A stretch of 64,000 nucleotides of DNA from NCBI RefSeq assembly GCF_009914755.1, contig NC_060927.1. The stretch is one strand, 5' to 3'. Positions 38,960 through 53,649 of this stretch are shown here, piece after piece (positions within the stretch are counted from its first letter, which is position 1; each line of letters opens with the position of its first letter). A model generated the notes under the pieces. It saw only the letters and a list, made by a program, of their open reading frames with translations, was not told the DNA's origin and did not search any database. A program made the translations under genes and the position numbers. Source of the DNA: the human T2T-CHM13v2.0 reference genome, Homo sapiens.

Positions 38960-39240
38960 TCGTTCAAATCTTGGTTCAAATATTACCTTCCTAATGAGGC
39001 CCACTCCTGCAAGCCGGCTCACCCCTACACAGCTTTGCAGTCATGGCACTTATTATATTCTAACATTTTGTATACTTCATGTATTGATTATATTTTTTGT
39101 ATAATAACTGGCGCTTCCTAAGAAAATGTAAATTATTTGAGCACAGCTATCTTTCTTTGTTTTGTTCACTGATTCACCTCTAGTGTCTGGAACAGTGTTT
39201 GGAGCATGGCAGAATTCAGCACATATGCAAGGAACCTACT
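38960..39240 (+). mobile_element. L2 3' end
   Basis: ttcaaatattaccttcc...tttgttcactg...ctggaacagtgtttggagcatggcag. Confidence 0.7.
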
Positions 39241-41918
39241 AGTGAAATATTTAAATGTCTTCACTGTCTATGCTCTTAACTATTGTTCTGTAATGCCTGT
39301 ATTCTGAGTACAGAAATAAAAATCTTATTTCATTTCATGCTGAGCCACTCTCTTTGGCAAAGATTAAGGAAGGGTGAGCAAGAGGTCTTCTACCATTCTG
39401 GTTTTACTGATGGCAAAAATCAAAGTTACAAGGATTCAAGTATTCCTTACACCTTGAGGCATAAAGACATATAAGCAACGAAAATTTTAAAAACAATAAA
39501 ACCCTAAAATCAATTTGCTTATTAAGGCATCTTTCTTTAAATATTGATTTGCTAGTCTTTGGCTAAAAGGCCCTCATTCAAGCTATTTTAAGATTAAGAA
39601 GCAACATTTATTTTATAACCCACAGTGAAAATGGATTATCTTCCCACTCCACCGTCTTTAAAGATAAAACTGTCATTTCTACAAGCAGTGGAAGGCAGTG
39701 TGACTTAAGGACTTTGGCAATCTTATCAACTCTGAGGAACTCCACTAGAATTGAGGTTTCTCTCTCCCCACAAGGTACTTTAAAGATAAGGTTTGGGCTC
39801 ACCCAGTGACTTACTAGACTGGGTTTCTGTAATCTCTCAGAATCTAATCTTGAATTGGGCTGTCAATTGACTAGGTGGAAAATCTGGCTCAAAAAGAAAA
39901 TGAGAGGTTTAGAAAGACAGCAAAAGCCCAGAAAGCTAGGGCAAAAAAGAGAGAATACCTTAATAACCCAGGGGGATGACATCCACTCAGGAAATCTGCC
40001 AGAAACTAGGCCTACAGTTCTAACTCAGCTCCTTGTATCTAGAAAGGGATTAATTGTATAACCTGTTTGAAATAAATCACCAGATGACTTTTTATTAAAT
40101 TCCCTCCTGCTGGAATGCAGGAGCAACCTACTCCAGACCTGCTTTCACAATGCACGGACTTCATTCATCCATTTATTCATTCTTCCTTCACTCACTTATC
40201 TTTTAATTACTACAACACTCCCTGCTAAATAATAGAATGCTACCATCTAACTTTGTTTTCCTAGTGCAACTAACGTTGGATTATACAAACTACACACATT
40301 ATCTCATTTAAGAACAACCTCCCGAAGAGACAGACACACGCATCCAGGGATTTGACCATGGTCTTTCACCTAATAGGCACAAGAAGTTGGAGTGAAACTG
40401 AACAACCTGACCACAGAGCATAGGATCAAAATCATTTCTCAGCACTATACCAGCGATGACTCTGAAAAGCCTGCCATCTAAAAACACAGATGAGCCTTAA
40501 CCGCAAACATCTGACCTGGAATCTGAAACAGTTCCCCAAAGGGGAAAAGATGATGCCCAACTATGCTCTCCAACATTGTCTGGGCAAAAGAACTATGTGG
40601 GAAGCTTTTGCACATTTTTAAGCCATTTTAAAAGAATACATTTATTATCCTTGTAAATGCAGAGATATCCAAACAACTGAAAAAAAATGGTTCATAATCC
40701 ATTGCCAGATAACTAACCCTTGATGAGAAAAAAATAATAATAATTCCACATACAGTTTAGAGCATCTACTAAGTGTCAGGCACTGTCTAACGCTAACGAT
40801 AGAGCAGTGAACAAAGGAGATCTAAACCCCTGACCCAGGGGCACATTCTATCTGCACAAAATGATGTAAAAGAAAAAAAGTGTAATTCCTGCTTCCAAGT
40901 CTAACAACTGCTCATGAGTTCTTATGTTTCTTTTTAGAAATGTACTTGCTTATAGTAGTGTAGCTATCAAAAAGCCTTCTTAAATTTTTTCTCCCCAGAG
41001 GATTCTTTTTATCCTTTTGGGCCTTACTTTCATTATTTGCTGTTATAGTGTAGATTTCTTCCCACATCACAAAATACAGATATGCTTATTTTGGTCATGG
41101 CTGCACCCTATTCCAGCATTTTGGATGCATCATAATTTTACTTAATGCTTTTCCTACTGAGGCTCACTTTTGTTGTTTCCAGTTTGTGCTTTAAAAACTA
41201 ACATTGCATTAATATCTTTAATGATATGTCTAAGTAAACTTTTGGGAATATACAGTATATTCCTATTAAAAAGCTTATTAGGGCAAAGAGTACATGCTGT
41301 AAAATATATATGCATATTTAAATATGATCATTTTGTGCAGAGTTTGCAAAAATGTATTCCCTTCACATATTTGTACTTAAGAATGGCCCTTCCCACACCT
41401 AATACTTAAACATGTGTTCAATTCTTAAACATTTACCAATCCATTAAGTGAAGGACTAGATATAGTCTATTATTTTTATTTACATTTTGTTATTATGAAG
41501 TGCATTTTCATTGGCAATGCATATTTCTTTATATGTAAGGTGTTTGTTCATTTTCTTTTTTTAATAGACTATTTTTTAGAGCAGTTTTAGGCTCACAGCC
41601 ATATTGAATGGGTAAGCACAGAGTTCTCATATACCCACTGCCTTCACACACTCATAGCCTGTCCCGTTACCAACATCCTCCACCACAGTGGTACATTTGT
41701 TTCAATTGATGAACCTACATTAACATGTCATAACTACCCAGAGTTTATGGAGTACGTTAACATTAAGGTTCACTCTTGGTGTTGTACATTATGTAGGTTT
41801 GGACAAATGTGTAATGTCATATCCCTCATTACAGTAACATACAGAATAGTTTCATTGTGCTAAAAATCCTCTGTGTTCTACCTATTAATCCCTTGTCCTA
41901 TAACCCCTGGCAATCCCA

Positions 41919-42013
41919 CTAATACTGTATTTTGAATATGAATTTGATAGAAAAAAAGCCACACATAAATGAACCCACACAGTTCAAACTCATGTCATTC
42001 AAGGGTCAAATGT
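41919..42013. mobile_element. MER8/Tigger2-type half element
   Basis: aatactgtatttt...aaaaaaagccacacataaatgaacccacacagttcaaactcatgtcattcaagggtcaaatg|ta. Confidence 0.75.
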
Positions 42014-42237
42014 AGTTGGAATAGTACAGTATGCAGCCTTTTCAGACTGGATTCTTTCACTTGCTAATATGCATTTAATGTCCCACCATGCCTTTTCATC
42101 ACTTGGTAGTTCATTTATTTTTAGTGCTTAATAATATAGCATCATGTAGATATACCACAGTAAATCCATTTATCTACTGAAGAGCATCTTAGTTGCTTCC
42201 AAGTTTTGGCACTTATGAATAAAGCTTCTATTCAGGG

Positions 42238-42581
<344 letters not shown>

Positions 42582-45500
42582 ATGTTCAGGTTTTGGTGTA
42601 GACTCAAGTTCTCAGTTTCTTCAGGGTAAATACCAAGAAAGATGATTCCTGGATCATATGGTAAAAAGAAGTTTAGTTTTGTAAGAAACTGCCAAACTGT
42701 CTTCTAACGTGCCTGTAGCATTTTGTATTCTCAGCAGCAATGAATGAGAGTTCCTGTTGCTCCAAACTCAAGCCAGCATTTTGTGTTGTCAGTGTTCTGG
42801 ATTTTGACTATTATGATAGCTGTGTAGTAATATCTCATTGTTGTTTTAATTTGCATATCTCTAATGATACATGATGTGGAACACCTTTTCATATGCCTAT
42901 TTTCTATCTGTATATCTTCTTTGGTAAAGTATCTGCTAAAGTCTTTGGCCCACTTTTTAATCAGGTTGTTTGTTTTCTTATTCTTGACCTTGAAGTGTTC
43001 TCTGTATATTTTGGATGACAGTCCTTTATCAGAAATATTTTTTTGCAAACATTTTCTCCCTGTCTGTGGCTTGACTCTTATGCTCTTTGTAGTGTCTTTC
43101 ACAGCAGAATGTTTAAAATTTTGATGAAGTCCCGCTTATCAATTCCGTCTTTCGTGGATCATGGCTTGGCATTGCATCTAAAAGGTCATCACCAAATCCA
43201 AGGTCCTCTAGATTTTCTTCTATGTTATTTTCCAGGAGTTTTATAGTTTTGCATTTTACATTTATGTGTGTGATCCATTTTGAATTACTTTTTGTGAAGA
43301 GTATAAGGTCTTTGTCTAAATTCATTTTTTTTTCAAGTGGATGTCCGTTGGTTTCAGCACCATTTTTTGAAAAGACTTTTTCCATTATATTTTCTTTGCT
43401 CTTTTGTCAAAGACCAGTTGCTTATCTTTACATCAGTCTATTTCTGAACTTTCTCTTCTGTTCTATTGACCTATTGTTTATTCTTTCACCAATACCACAA
43501 TATCTTGATTATTGTAGCTTTATAGTAAGCTCTGAAGTAGGGTAGTGTCAGTCCTTCAACTTTGTCCTCCTTCAATATTATGTTGGCTCTCTAGGTCTTT
43601 TGCCTCTCCACAGAAACTTTAGAATAAGCTTGTCAATGTTTGTTCATATTCTTCATCAATTTTTCTTAGTTGTTTATCTTTCTTTATTGATTCTTATAAG
43701 CTCTTTGTTAATGAATGAAATTAGCCATGTGTCTGACATTGGTGTTGTAAATACTGTTTTCTAACTTTGTCTCTTTTTTAAACTTAATTTATGAATTATT
43801 TTTCCAAGCACAAGTTATTAATTTTATGTAGTTAAATTTGTCATTTTTCTCTTTTGTGATTCTGGGTTTGTGTCCTGATTACAAAGACTTTCCACTGCAA
43901 GTGTATAAATTTATTCACCCTTGCTTTCTTCTATGTATTTATAGCTTAAATTTTTATGTTTGAATCTTTGTTCAATCTGCAATTTATTTCAGTGTAAGAA
44001 GTGAAATAGGAATCCACTTTACTTATTTGTCTAAATGTGTATCCAGTTGTCCCCTATTTATTTAAGAGTTTCTGTTTTACCAGTGAATTGAAATATCAGT
44101 TTTATCATAGCCTAAATCCCCATATATAAAAGTATTGAGATTTACTTTTTAATGTCCTAATATGGTTTTCATATTTGTCTATTATTCAAGACCAAATTAT
44201 TTAATTATTATGTTTTTTTGGTATATTTTAGAATATGCTTCCCCGTCAGAACACTCTTTTTTCATAATTTCAGAGAATATTCACTTATGTTTCTTCTTTC
44301 AGATAAATTATAGTATCACTCTGCCTAGTTCAAGATCAAATACTATTAGTATTTTGAATGCAATTGCATTATGCTTATACATTAACTTATAGAGAGCCAA
44401 CAATCTTGTGATATTAGCGAAGAGTTTGTGAAAATACTGATTCCTGGGCTCTATCCATGAAGATTCTGATTGCGTAGATCCAGACTAGGCAGTAGGAAAC
44501 CCAGAACACTCAGGGTTTTTTTTTTTCAGATATGTTGGAGAAACACGGGAATTCAGAGAAAAGAATAATTACTTTTTGTAAAGATTTTTTTTGTTTTTCT
44601 TTTTTAAAAAACTTTTATTTTAGATGGTCATCCTAAAGAAGGTGCCATTTGCAATGAACCTTATTGATGAATTTGTGAGATTTATATGCTCTTATATAAG
44701 ATATTTCAAAGACAGAAGAGACTAACAGTGAATAAAAATGAGCGTTTACATTTTTGGAAATACAGTGGGGAAAAAAAAAACTATGCATCAAGTAAGATGG
44801 ACAACATGAGGTAAAGACACAGAAGGTTAAGAAATGAGGAGTGATTCTGCAGGGCTGGACCTAAGGATGAGGTAAGGAGAGTTTCGTAAAAATAAAACTT
44901 CAAGGTAAATTTGAGCCAAAACCTGGGCTGCACTGATCACCTAGATAAGAAATTTGGACCCCACGTGTCAGGAAATAAGAACCTTTGGAGGCATTTTCAT
45001 ATGTGTCTCTGTGTTGTGGGATTAGCTTGTCTGTAGCTATACCATGGGACAGCCAAGTTTTGTTTGAGGTGGAAGCATAAGAGAATCAAGTCAGGAAACT
45101 CATTAGGGATGATTATTGCATTTACTAGAGATAAATGATGCACACTGCTGACAGTGAGGAATGGAATGAGGGGAGACTTGATCATGCCTTTGGGACTCGT
45201 GTGGGCTGCAGTGATTTATTGCTCCAACAAGTTCCACCCTTTTATCCCCACAGCTATGTAGGATCAGAAAATTTTAGGGCCGGGAGGGATCTTTGAATTC
45301 ATTTAGACTCTGCCGAGTGCAGAGATCTACCCACATTCAATCCTAATGCAAATAATGGCAGGCTGGAGGTTTGAATTCAGTAAGCAAAGAGTCACCTTCT
45401 TGTTCCTCCACACTCTATATGACATTGGAAAAGTAACTTAATGTCAGTTTTTTAAATCTGTAAAATGAAAAGGATAATACTCATCTCCTAGAAGTGTGGT

Positions 45501-47139
45501 GAAGAAATAACAAGACGATGAACCAATGACCATCCCTTATATCCCTAGGAGAACAAACAATACTAGGAAGTAGTCAACAGATCTGAATTCTAGGCGGCCC
45601 TATTTGTGCCACTCACTACTGGTTGCTTATTCGGGCTAGGCAATTAAATTTGTTAATCTTCATTTTTCTTATCTTAAACATAAGGTGAAGTATATAAGGT
45701 GACATCCTTACATATAAAGATGTCAGATGTGATTCCAAGGTGCCATGTATATATAAAATTCTTCTATTGGATATTACAAAATGCCTACACAGTCACCAGG
45801 ATGGGGGAGAATGTTAAATGGCTCAATGAACAGAGGGGATGTAAATTAGGACGCTAGACTGATTTCTACACAGCATTCCTAATTAGCATATCATTAAGTG
45901 CAGTGATTGACCGCTTTCCTTCACTTAATTTTTGTTGCTTCGACATCTCTGGGAACTGCAAGGCATAGTACAAAGAGACAGCAGGTAATTGGAGAATATC
46001 TCTCCAACACAAGAGAAAAGCTGATTGGTTGCCTTGTCCTCCTCACAGTCTTTCTTGTAGGATTGGGCTTTGAGTATTGTTCATACTTTAGCAGGGATTG
46101 CTATGATTGTCCTGAAGACTCTAACAGCAAAGGCTGGGAAAATGAGCACCTCTACTTTACATAAATGTCCCTACTACCAAGATTCCACAGAAGTGGCCCA
46201 AGAATTGTGTGCTGGACAGAAAATAACAAAGGGTAGTGCCAGTATTTTGGCACTCAAGTTGTCTACTCAGAAAGTCTTGGACTGAATCCTTTGCATGACA
46301 TTTTCAATCTATTTCCCTCTTCCTTGGTGGGAAACTTAACCTTCTTAAGCTTCCTGAAATTGCCTTTTTTGTAAAATAGAGATAATGACATCTAGTCATT
46401 AAAACAACAGCCTTGCTTTAAGGAGTAAATGAGTGCATGTTTGTAAACAGCTCAAGAGCTCAATAGATGGTGACATCATCGCTGCTTGGAAATTTTGTTT
46501 CCTTGATAAAGGTGACATCTTCCTTTTTTTACCATAAAGACATGCTATAGATACTCCAGTTTATTTCTAAGCCTATTGTGTGCTAAATAAAAATTATTTT
46601 TTTAAAAAGTATGGAATTAGAAATATAAGAAAGAATCACTGAAATGTGGAATAATATAAATGTGGTTTTGCCTCTTAATGCCCACCGACTGTTTAAAGAA
46701 AATTTCTAACCGTATTTAAAACTACCTTTGGTTTTATAACTACCTTCAGAGATCTTTCAAGGATCAACCTTCTGGTTTTGAAGCAGAAGGGTAAAATTTC
46801 ACTTACAAAGTGCGTTCTCCTTGTTGCATTTATCCCCATTTGTAAAGCACAGGACGTCTTTCAACTTTATGGCACCACTGCCGTTTTGAATAACCAGACT
46901 AACATCCATATGGAATTAGCAGAATAGAAGTGAAATAGAGAAGTAGACTGGGGAGGGGAGAGCAAGGACAAAAAAGCAGAAGCTGTTTCATGCTGTTCTA
47001 TCCTACAAATCCATGCTCTAAGAGGTCTTCAAGGCAGTTTGTCAGTTTAAAAGCAATTATTCTACTTTTTAATGATAGAAATATATGTAGAAATTCATCA
47101 ATAAAAAATTTCCATAGGGCATTTTGGCAATAAGCGTAA

Positions 47140-47443
<304 letters not shown>

Positions 47444-47690
47444 CAGCAATCCTACTTCTATAGATAGATACATGTGTCCATGTAACAAAGAATTATTATG
47501 CACTATGATAGTCATTGTTTTTACTAGTAAAATAATAGAAATAACTTATTTTTTGAAGGCCAGCAAAATAAATCATTAGATACCATGTAGCCATAAAATA
47601 AAAAGAATGAGAATCAGTATACGATACATAAAACAATATGCAAAACAAGGTACACAGGTTACTTCCATTATATGTATAAACAAGAGGGGG

Positions 47691-47723
<33 letters not shown>

Positions 47724-47772
47724 TACACATAAGATAGATAGATACGTATGTATACGAAATATATACACACAC
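47691..47772. repeat. Compound (TA)(CA)(GATA) microsatellite
   Basis: Direct read. Confidence 0.9.
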
Positions 47773-48499
47773 TCCCTTCCATAGAATTTAGTCTCTCAAA
47801 TACAACAAAATGCACCTATGGTGGTTGGTGGGGGGGATTTAGTTTTCACTATTTATACTTTTATAATTCTCAATTTAAAAACTGTACTGTATTACTTTTT
47901 CAAAAAGTACAAAAATATTCTATTGAACATATTCAAAGAGTACATGTTCTCTCTCAGTTCCTGGGTCTAAAAGGGTCTAAAAGGTGTTTGGATTACTATC
48001 TGATAGGAAGGATCACTGCACATGTGGCACATTGCCTGATGTGCCCAGGAAGAAGAGAGCAAGAAAGAAGACTGTTGCTCCATTTGGAAGAGTATGGTTC
48101 TTCTATCAGGCACAAACTCACACAGGTAAAGGCCATAGCACATCTCCTAGCTCACAGCACTCACGTAAAGATAGACGGCCATCACTGTGATTAGCGTTAT
48201 GTGTAAGTCACAATTTTGGAGAATTACAGGGGTTGGTGCTGTATGTTCCATGAACAGGATTTTATATCTCCAGCCCTGTGCAGACTTCCTGAAAGGGACC
48301 TGGAGTCTTTCCCTGATCTCAGCCTCAGGCCCCACCTGCCAGGGGGCTGCTTGGCTTGTACACTGAGAGGAGTTTTGTTTGTGCATTGGTTCTCTTGTTA
48401 GTTTGTTGCCTTCTTCAAACAACTGCTGCTCTATTGGAATGGTGAGAATACGCTCCTAGGTTTGAGTTGTCAGAGACTGGAATTTATTCAAGGTCACAT

Positions 48500-48735
48500 A
48501 GAAAGGTGTGGTGAGGAGGTCTGTGTTATGCAGCCAGACATCTTGGGTATGATCTGACTTGGCCACTGATTTTAGTCTCATTTTAATCTCACTGTACCTT
48601 GGTCTTCCCATTTAAAAACAGGAATACTGATAATTCTTCCATAACAGGGCTGTTGTGAAGACTGTTTGGGTTGCCATACTTACAAAAGTGGCTGTCAGGG
48701 ACTAAGCACTTACTAAATCTTAGCTATTATTAGTA
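48500..48735 (+). mobile_element. MIR
   Basis: gcagccagac...acagggctgttgtgaag...taagcacttactaaatcttagctattatta. Confidence 0.7.
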
Positions 48736-50049
48736 AGTTACACCTCTGCCTTGTGAAGTAGGGTGAGTTGCCATTATTATCTCAACTGATTCGGAAGCTG
48801 AGGCTCAGGACAATTCACCCAAATTCACATCCCTATCTCAGGACCTGGGTTTTAATGTTTGAGTATTAATAAGAGCCAAATATGAACATTTACTAATCAC
48901 TTGGCCTCTATTTTTCTGTCCATGAAATGGAGACTTTTGGCCCCTTATGTTTAATCCCCTTTCAGAAGGCTTTAACTACAGTAAGCAGTGTTGAAAATAG
49001 AGACAAAAATCTCCCAATTTTACCTCTAAAATGGAAATAAACAAAAGTGTGATTATGTTGGGTCCTTTCTGCAATTGCATTTTATACTTAAAGAAAGCAA
49101 GAGTAGCTTCTGCTTTGTTGTTCATTTGTTTTCTTGTTTAAAATACTAGTCAGCAGCAGTTTGGGCTGAGTAACCTCTATTGTGGAATAATCGACTGCTT
49201 GTAGCTTCCCCACTTACCAGTGATAATAGAAAAACAAAAGTGCACTTTGCTTCCCAACTAATCATCACATATCTAGCCGACTAAATGCTCTCAGAAGCGT
49301 ATGGCATTTGACAGGAGGTGAGGGAATCGGCTTTCCTGGGTAGTGACTGGCAAAGCCAGCCTCATTCTCTCAACACCATCCAACTGAGCAAGGGGAAGTA
49401 GAGGTCTAAGTGGTAGACTCTAGTCACTACCGAAAAGTCACTTGCATCAGAGACAGATTCCCACAGCTTGCTATCACACTCCATAAACATTTACGAATCC
49501 GATGTTCTTGTGCCAGGCTCTGTGCTAGGAAGTGCATGAGTTAAACATTTTTCTCTCTTTCTCTCCACGGACATTTTTAATGGAAGCTGCGGTGGAGGAG
49601 CTGCCTTGACTGTGTGTGTTGTTTTAAGGATATCGATTGTTAACACAATGACGGGTCAGGAGATGGAAGGCACAGTCATTAGCTGCAGCCGCCCTCATAA
49701 GTTGTTACAGAGCTCAGAGAAACACTAATGGATAAACAAGGTCGACAGGAACATGAGGGGCCAGATCAGAATGTCCCAAGGTGGTAAAGTCTTAGCCAGG
49801 CATTTCTTTCCCTAAGCAGCGAACAAAAAAACATTAGTATTGATGTTCGGGGTAGGCAAAGTGTACAATGAAGAATGACTTCATTCCAGCTTGCCCATCA
49901 TAACAAGGGCAGGAGATGATTTAAAAGCTGCCCTCCTTGTACAGAGATGATGCAATAAAGATGATCCATGGTCACCTGCAATTGATCTTTGGGGTATTTC
50001 TTCTTCTTTTCAGTAATGGAAGGGAGTACCGAGTCAGGTCTATAAGCAG

Positions 50050-50265
50050 CAATAACCACTGTGAACATTTACTGAAAGTGAACCTGGTGACAGTGTTTCC
50101 AGTGCTTTCCATATGCCATCTAAGTTAATCCTTACAAACACTCTATAGAGTATCATTTATTATTCCTGCTTCACAGATTAAGAAACGGAGGCTCAAAGAG
50201 ATCAAGTTGCTTGCCCAACTTCTCCCCAGTCTTGAGAGTTGAATCTAAGGTTCAAATTCAGTCTA
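50050..50265 (-). mobile_element. MIR
   Basis: cacagattaagaaacggaggctcaaagagatcaagttgcttgccca. Confidence 0.8.
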
Positions 50266-50272
50266 CAGAAAC

Positions 50273-50384
50273 TAGAGTGACCAGTTCATCCCAGTACACA
50301 TGAAACTTTCTGTTTTGACACGGGAAGTCCAACATCCTGAAAACCCTCTAAGTCCCAGGCAACATGGAATCATTTGTCACCGTA
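50273..50384. mobile_element. MER81 (hAT-Blackjack) MITE
   Basis: TIRs tagagtgacc...tgtcaccgta. Internal gaagtcc...aaaccctctaagtcccaggcaa. Confidence 0.8.
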
Positions 50385-50508
50385 ATTGGAGCTCAAACCA
50401 TGGACCATGCGGTGTCTTGTAGAATAGAAATAAGTATACTTAGGTTGGAAACTTAGACCTGATTTCCCACATGTGCATAAAGTGGTAGCTCATCTAACTG
50501 GCCTCTAC

Positions 50509-50678
50509 AGCATAACTACTCAAAGTGTGACCAGTGGGTGGACCAGGAACATTTAACGTCTGGGAGCTTGTTAGAAAGGCAGAATCTCAGGCCACATCTC
50601 AGACCCACTGAGTCAGGATCTATATTATAATATAATCTTCAGGTAATTTGTACAAACACTCAGTTTTGGGAAGCAAGA
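50509..50678 (+). mobile_element. MER5A1
   Basis: ctactcaaagtgtg...tgggagcttgttagaaaggcagaatctcaggcc. Confidence 0.8.
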
Positions 50679-50894
50679 TTTCAAAATCCTTTCCAGAACT
50701 ATATTACTGTGATCCTGAATCAACTACTGTAATATGGACTTCTTTTGGGTACCAGCTCTATAAAGGATCCCAAGTAGAAAGGAAGGGTTCCCAGCCATTA
50801 GGGATGTTCACTGTGGAAACCAGGGATGGGCAGCACAGGCAATGTGTAATCAGGCCCACACGTCATGCCATACACTGATTTCCGTGAGAGGAGA

Positions 50895-51320
50895 CAATGT
50901 GTCGTGGGGAAAGAACCCAGGCTTTGAACTCAGACTGACTTGGGCTGGAATCCTGACCCAGCCAACTGCTGCCTAGGTGACCTGGGGCAATGTGGAACTT
51001 CCCAGGGCCTCAGGATGCTTACTGTAAAATGGTTAAAATTTCCCATCTCAGTGGTTCTTAATTCTGGCTGTCCTTCATAATTAACTGAGGGGTATTAAAT
51101 GAAAATGCAGATGCCTGACTCCACCTTCAGAGAATTTGGTTATACTGGACCGTGATAGCGCTTTGACATTAGTATCATTTCAAAGTTCCCCAGGTGATTC
51201 TTTTGTACAGCCAGGGTTTAGATCCACTGATGTTCCCCTTAAGGCTGGTGGTGAGGTGCCAATGGAATAACTCATGGCAGTGCCTGGCACAGCAGGCATT
51301 CATCCCATATTCAATTCTTC
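50895..51320 (+). mobile_element. MIR interrupted by MER5B (51049-51229)
   Basis: gtgacctggggcaa...ctgtaaaatgg // cagtggttctta...ttccccaggtgattct...ccactg // agtgcctggcacagcagg. Confidence 0.8.
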
Positions 51321-52659
51321 TTCTGTGAGCAGTGGCCACATCACCTGTTATCACCTATCGGCATCAGGGCTGTTCACAAAGGGAAGCTGAGAATTCTCAA
51401 AGGAAACCAAGAGGTCCATAAAGCTCATGCCTTAAGCTTCTCACTACAGTATTTGTACTTATTGATTTAAAAGTGAGAAAAAAACCAGATGGGTGCCATA
51501 AACGAAGTGATTCACCAGGTTAGTATTTAGGATCCTACACAACTTTTCTTTTAAAGGAAAAAAATTAATCAATCTGCCTTCCAATTTACCTTTTAACTGA
51601 TACATTTTCCTTAGTATACAAATCCTAAGAATGCCCACAGACCTCTAAGCTATAGCCCACCATTCCTCAGGGCAGCTAATTAAAACACGTGATGGTAACG
51701 GTGACTTCCTTATTGTGTGCTGCAAGGGAAACACTTCCCAGCAGTTACCATGGTGGTACCTCAAAACAAGAGCGTCATAAGTTGTAAATTGTCACAGGAC
51801 TTTACAAGCAGACCTTGGGAGAAATCCTAATAATTCTATACAGGAAGGGCAGAATATTTTGCCTTGTTTTTTTTTTAAATAGTAGGTCCATTCAGCCAAA
51901 GAAATCTGTCTTTAAAAGTCCAGCAACACATGGAGGAATAGATAAAAATCAATACCGAATTCCTCTTCAATTCCTAAGCAATTATTAATAAACTCTCTCA
52001 GTTTTCAATATGTCCATCCCCATTAGAGTCTTGCAGGGGAAAGAGTATGGGGCATGGAATCTCAGGGTTCCTGCCCTGCTCGCTTTCTCTTCCTGCCTCT
52101 AAGTCTGAACTCTCCCATTGGTATAGAAAAATGACAAAGAATAGATTAGATGTGGCCTCTAAGGTATATTGAAACCACAATACAAGAGGCTATTTGATGA
52201 AGTAACGAAATGCTTCTTCCCTCAATGTCCTCAGAAATCTCTGCTGGAATGTTAAACTGCATAGCTGAACATTTATTTCCAAGTTGTTATTTTTCAAACT
52301 CCCCACTTCTTTTTACTAATTCACTTGGCTTTTCACACCTTCATAACAAGGTCCATTTATACAGTGCTTTGGAGATTATAAAGTTTGTATTCAAATTTCA
52401 TTACACTTCACTGTCAGACTTTTCAACTGATTGTATTAAGTACTGATGCAAAGAAAGATTCACTAATTTGTCCAAAGCCGTGCTACCAGAAAGTGACAAA
52501 GTACATACTTGAACCAGGAGGATTGGTGAAGAGCTGCCAAAAGCTCTTGAACCATACTTCCTTTCCCTCTTAAGTGTATCTTCCCCAACCAAACTCTTAC
52601 TGATACTTGAGGTGGCTTTGCAGAAATACTCTCCCATTTAAATTGCTACTTATAGATCA

Positions 52660-53116
52660 GGGGCAAGATCTCTCTGCAGGTCTTTGGCCAATTTGTCCTG
52701 AGATCTATTCTTGCTCTTCCTCTAAGCTACAGACGTAGAGGCTAAAGCCTGCAGGATACATTTCCCAGGCCACCTCAGTCGGCCTCGGCTCAGTTCTACC
52801 AATGAGCGGCAGAAGGCAATGGATTGGAGGGCAAGAGAAAGGGAGAAACCAGGGTATTTTTCTGTCTCTCTCTGAGTGTAATGTGGGATCCCCTCTATGA
52901 TTCCTGCTCCTGCCAGGAGGCCCTGGGCCCTGGCCTTCAGGAGTCTCTCTTGTGTTTCCATCTATAACTACCAGTTTCTTGCGATTGCTACTCTATGAAT
53001 TGTCTCACCATTCCCCATGTGGCTTTTCAGCTCTTCTATCACCTATATACCAAATTATCTACATTAAATTATTTCTATGTAATTTACTAAGCATGGTTCC
53101 TAGTTTGACCCCAACA
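52660..53116 (+). mobile_element. LTR41/LTR33-family ERVL solo LTR
   Basis: acatttcccagg...gttctaccaatgag...gattggagggcaagagaaagggagaa...ctacattaaatt. Confidence 0.65.
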
Positions 53117-53649
53117 GGCAAAATCACTTTTCTCAATTTTCATACATTTGTATATGAGTTGGAGAAAAAGAAATAAAGAATTAAGCTTAACTGTTTACCA
53201 TGTACTTTCCAGTGCTAGGCACTTTTATGTGTATAGCATATTTTAGTTCTCCAAATAGAACCGTGAGAAACATTATTATATTATTATTATTCTCCTTTTA
53301 CAAAGAAACAAAACTTTACAAATGTGAGATGACTTTCCCAAGGACACAGCACTACTGAATGGAAGAGATACAACTGTAAAGTAGGCCATTTTTCCTACTT
53401 ATCAGTCATGGAACAAAGACTAGACTGGGATTCCATCTTGAACAAATGGTAGAGATGGGGTCACTGTAAATATCAAAGAGATCGTAGCACAGCTAATTTG
53501 GACTTTTTTTATAAGCATTGAGTTAAATAGTGAGACAGCAAAAACATACAGTATACCATTAATATAAGCTTTACTATCTACACTAAATATAGACACTAGA
53601 GGAACTGAGGCAGTAGAGAAAGCCTGGATCCTTCCTGCCTGAGGCCAAC

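Noticed and set aside
47748-48422. 148-aa ORF and neighbours, possible plus-strand exon
   Set aside because: Starts in a microsatellite/L1 remnant, has no domain similarity, and has a weak donor (GTAAAG).
49560-49575. REST/NRSE-like ccacggaca (and isolated ttcagcac at ~57684)
   Set aside because: Only partial half-sites. No complete RE1 motif.
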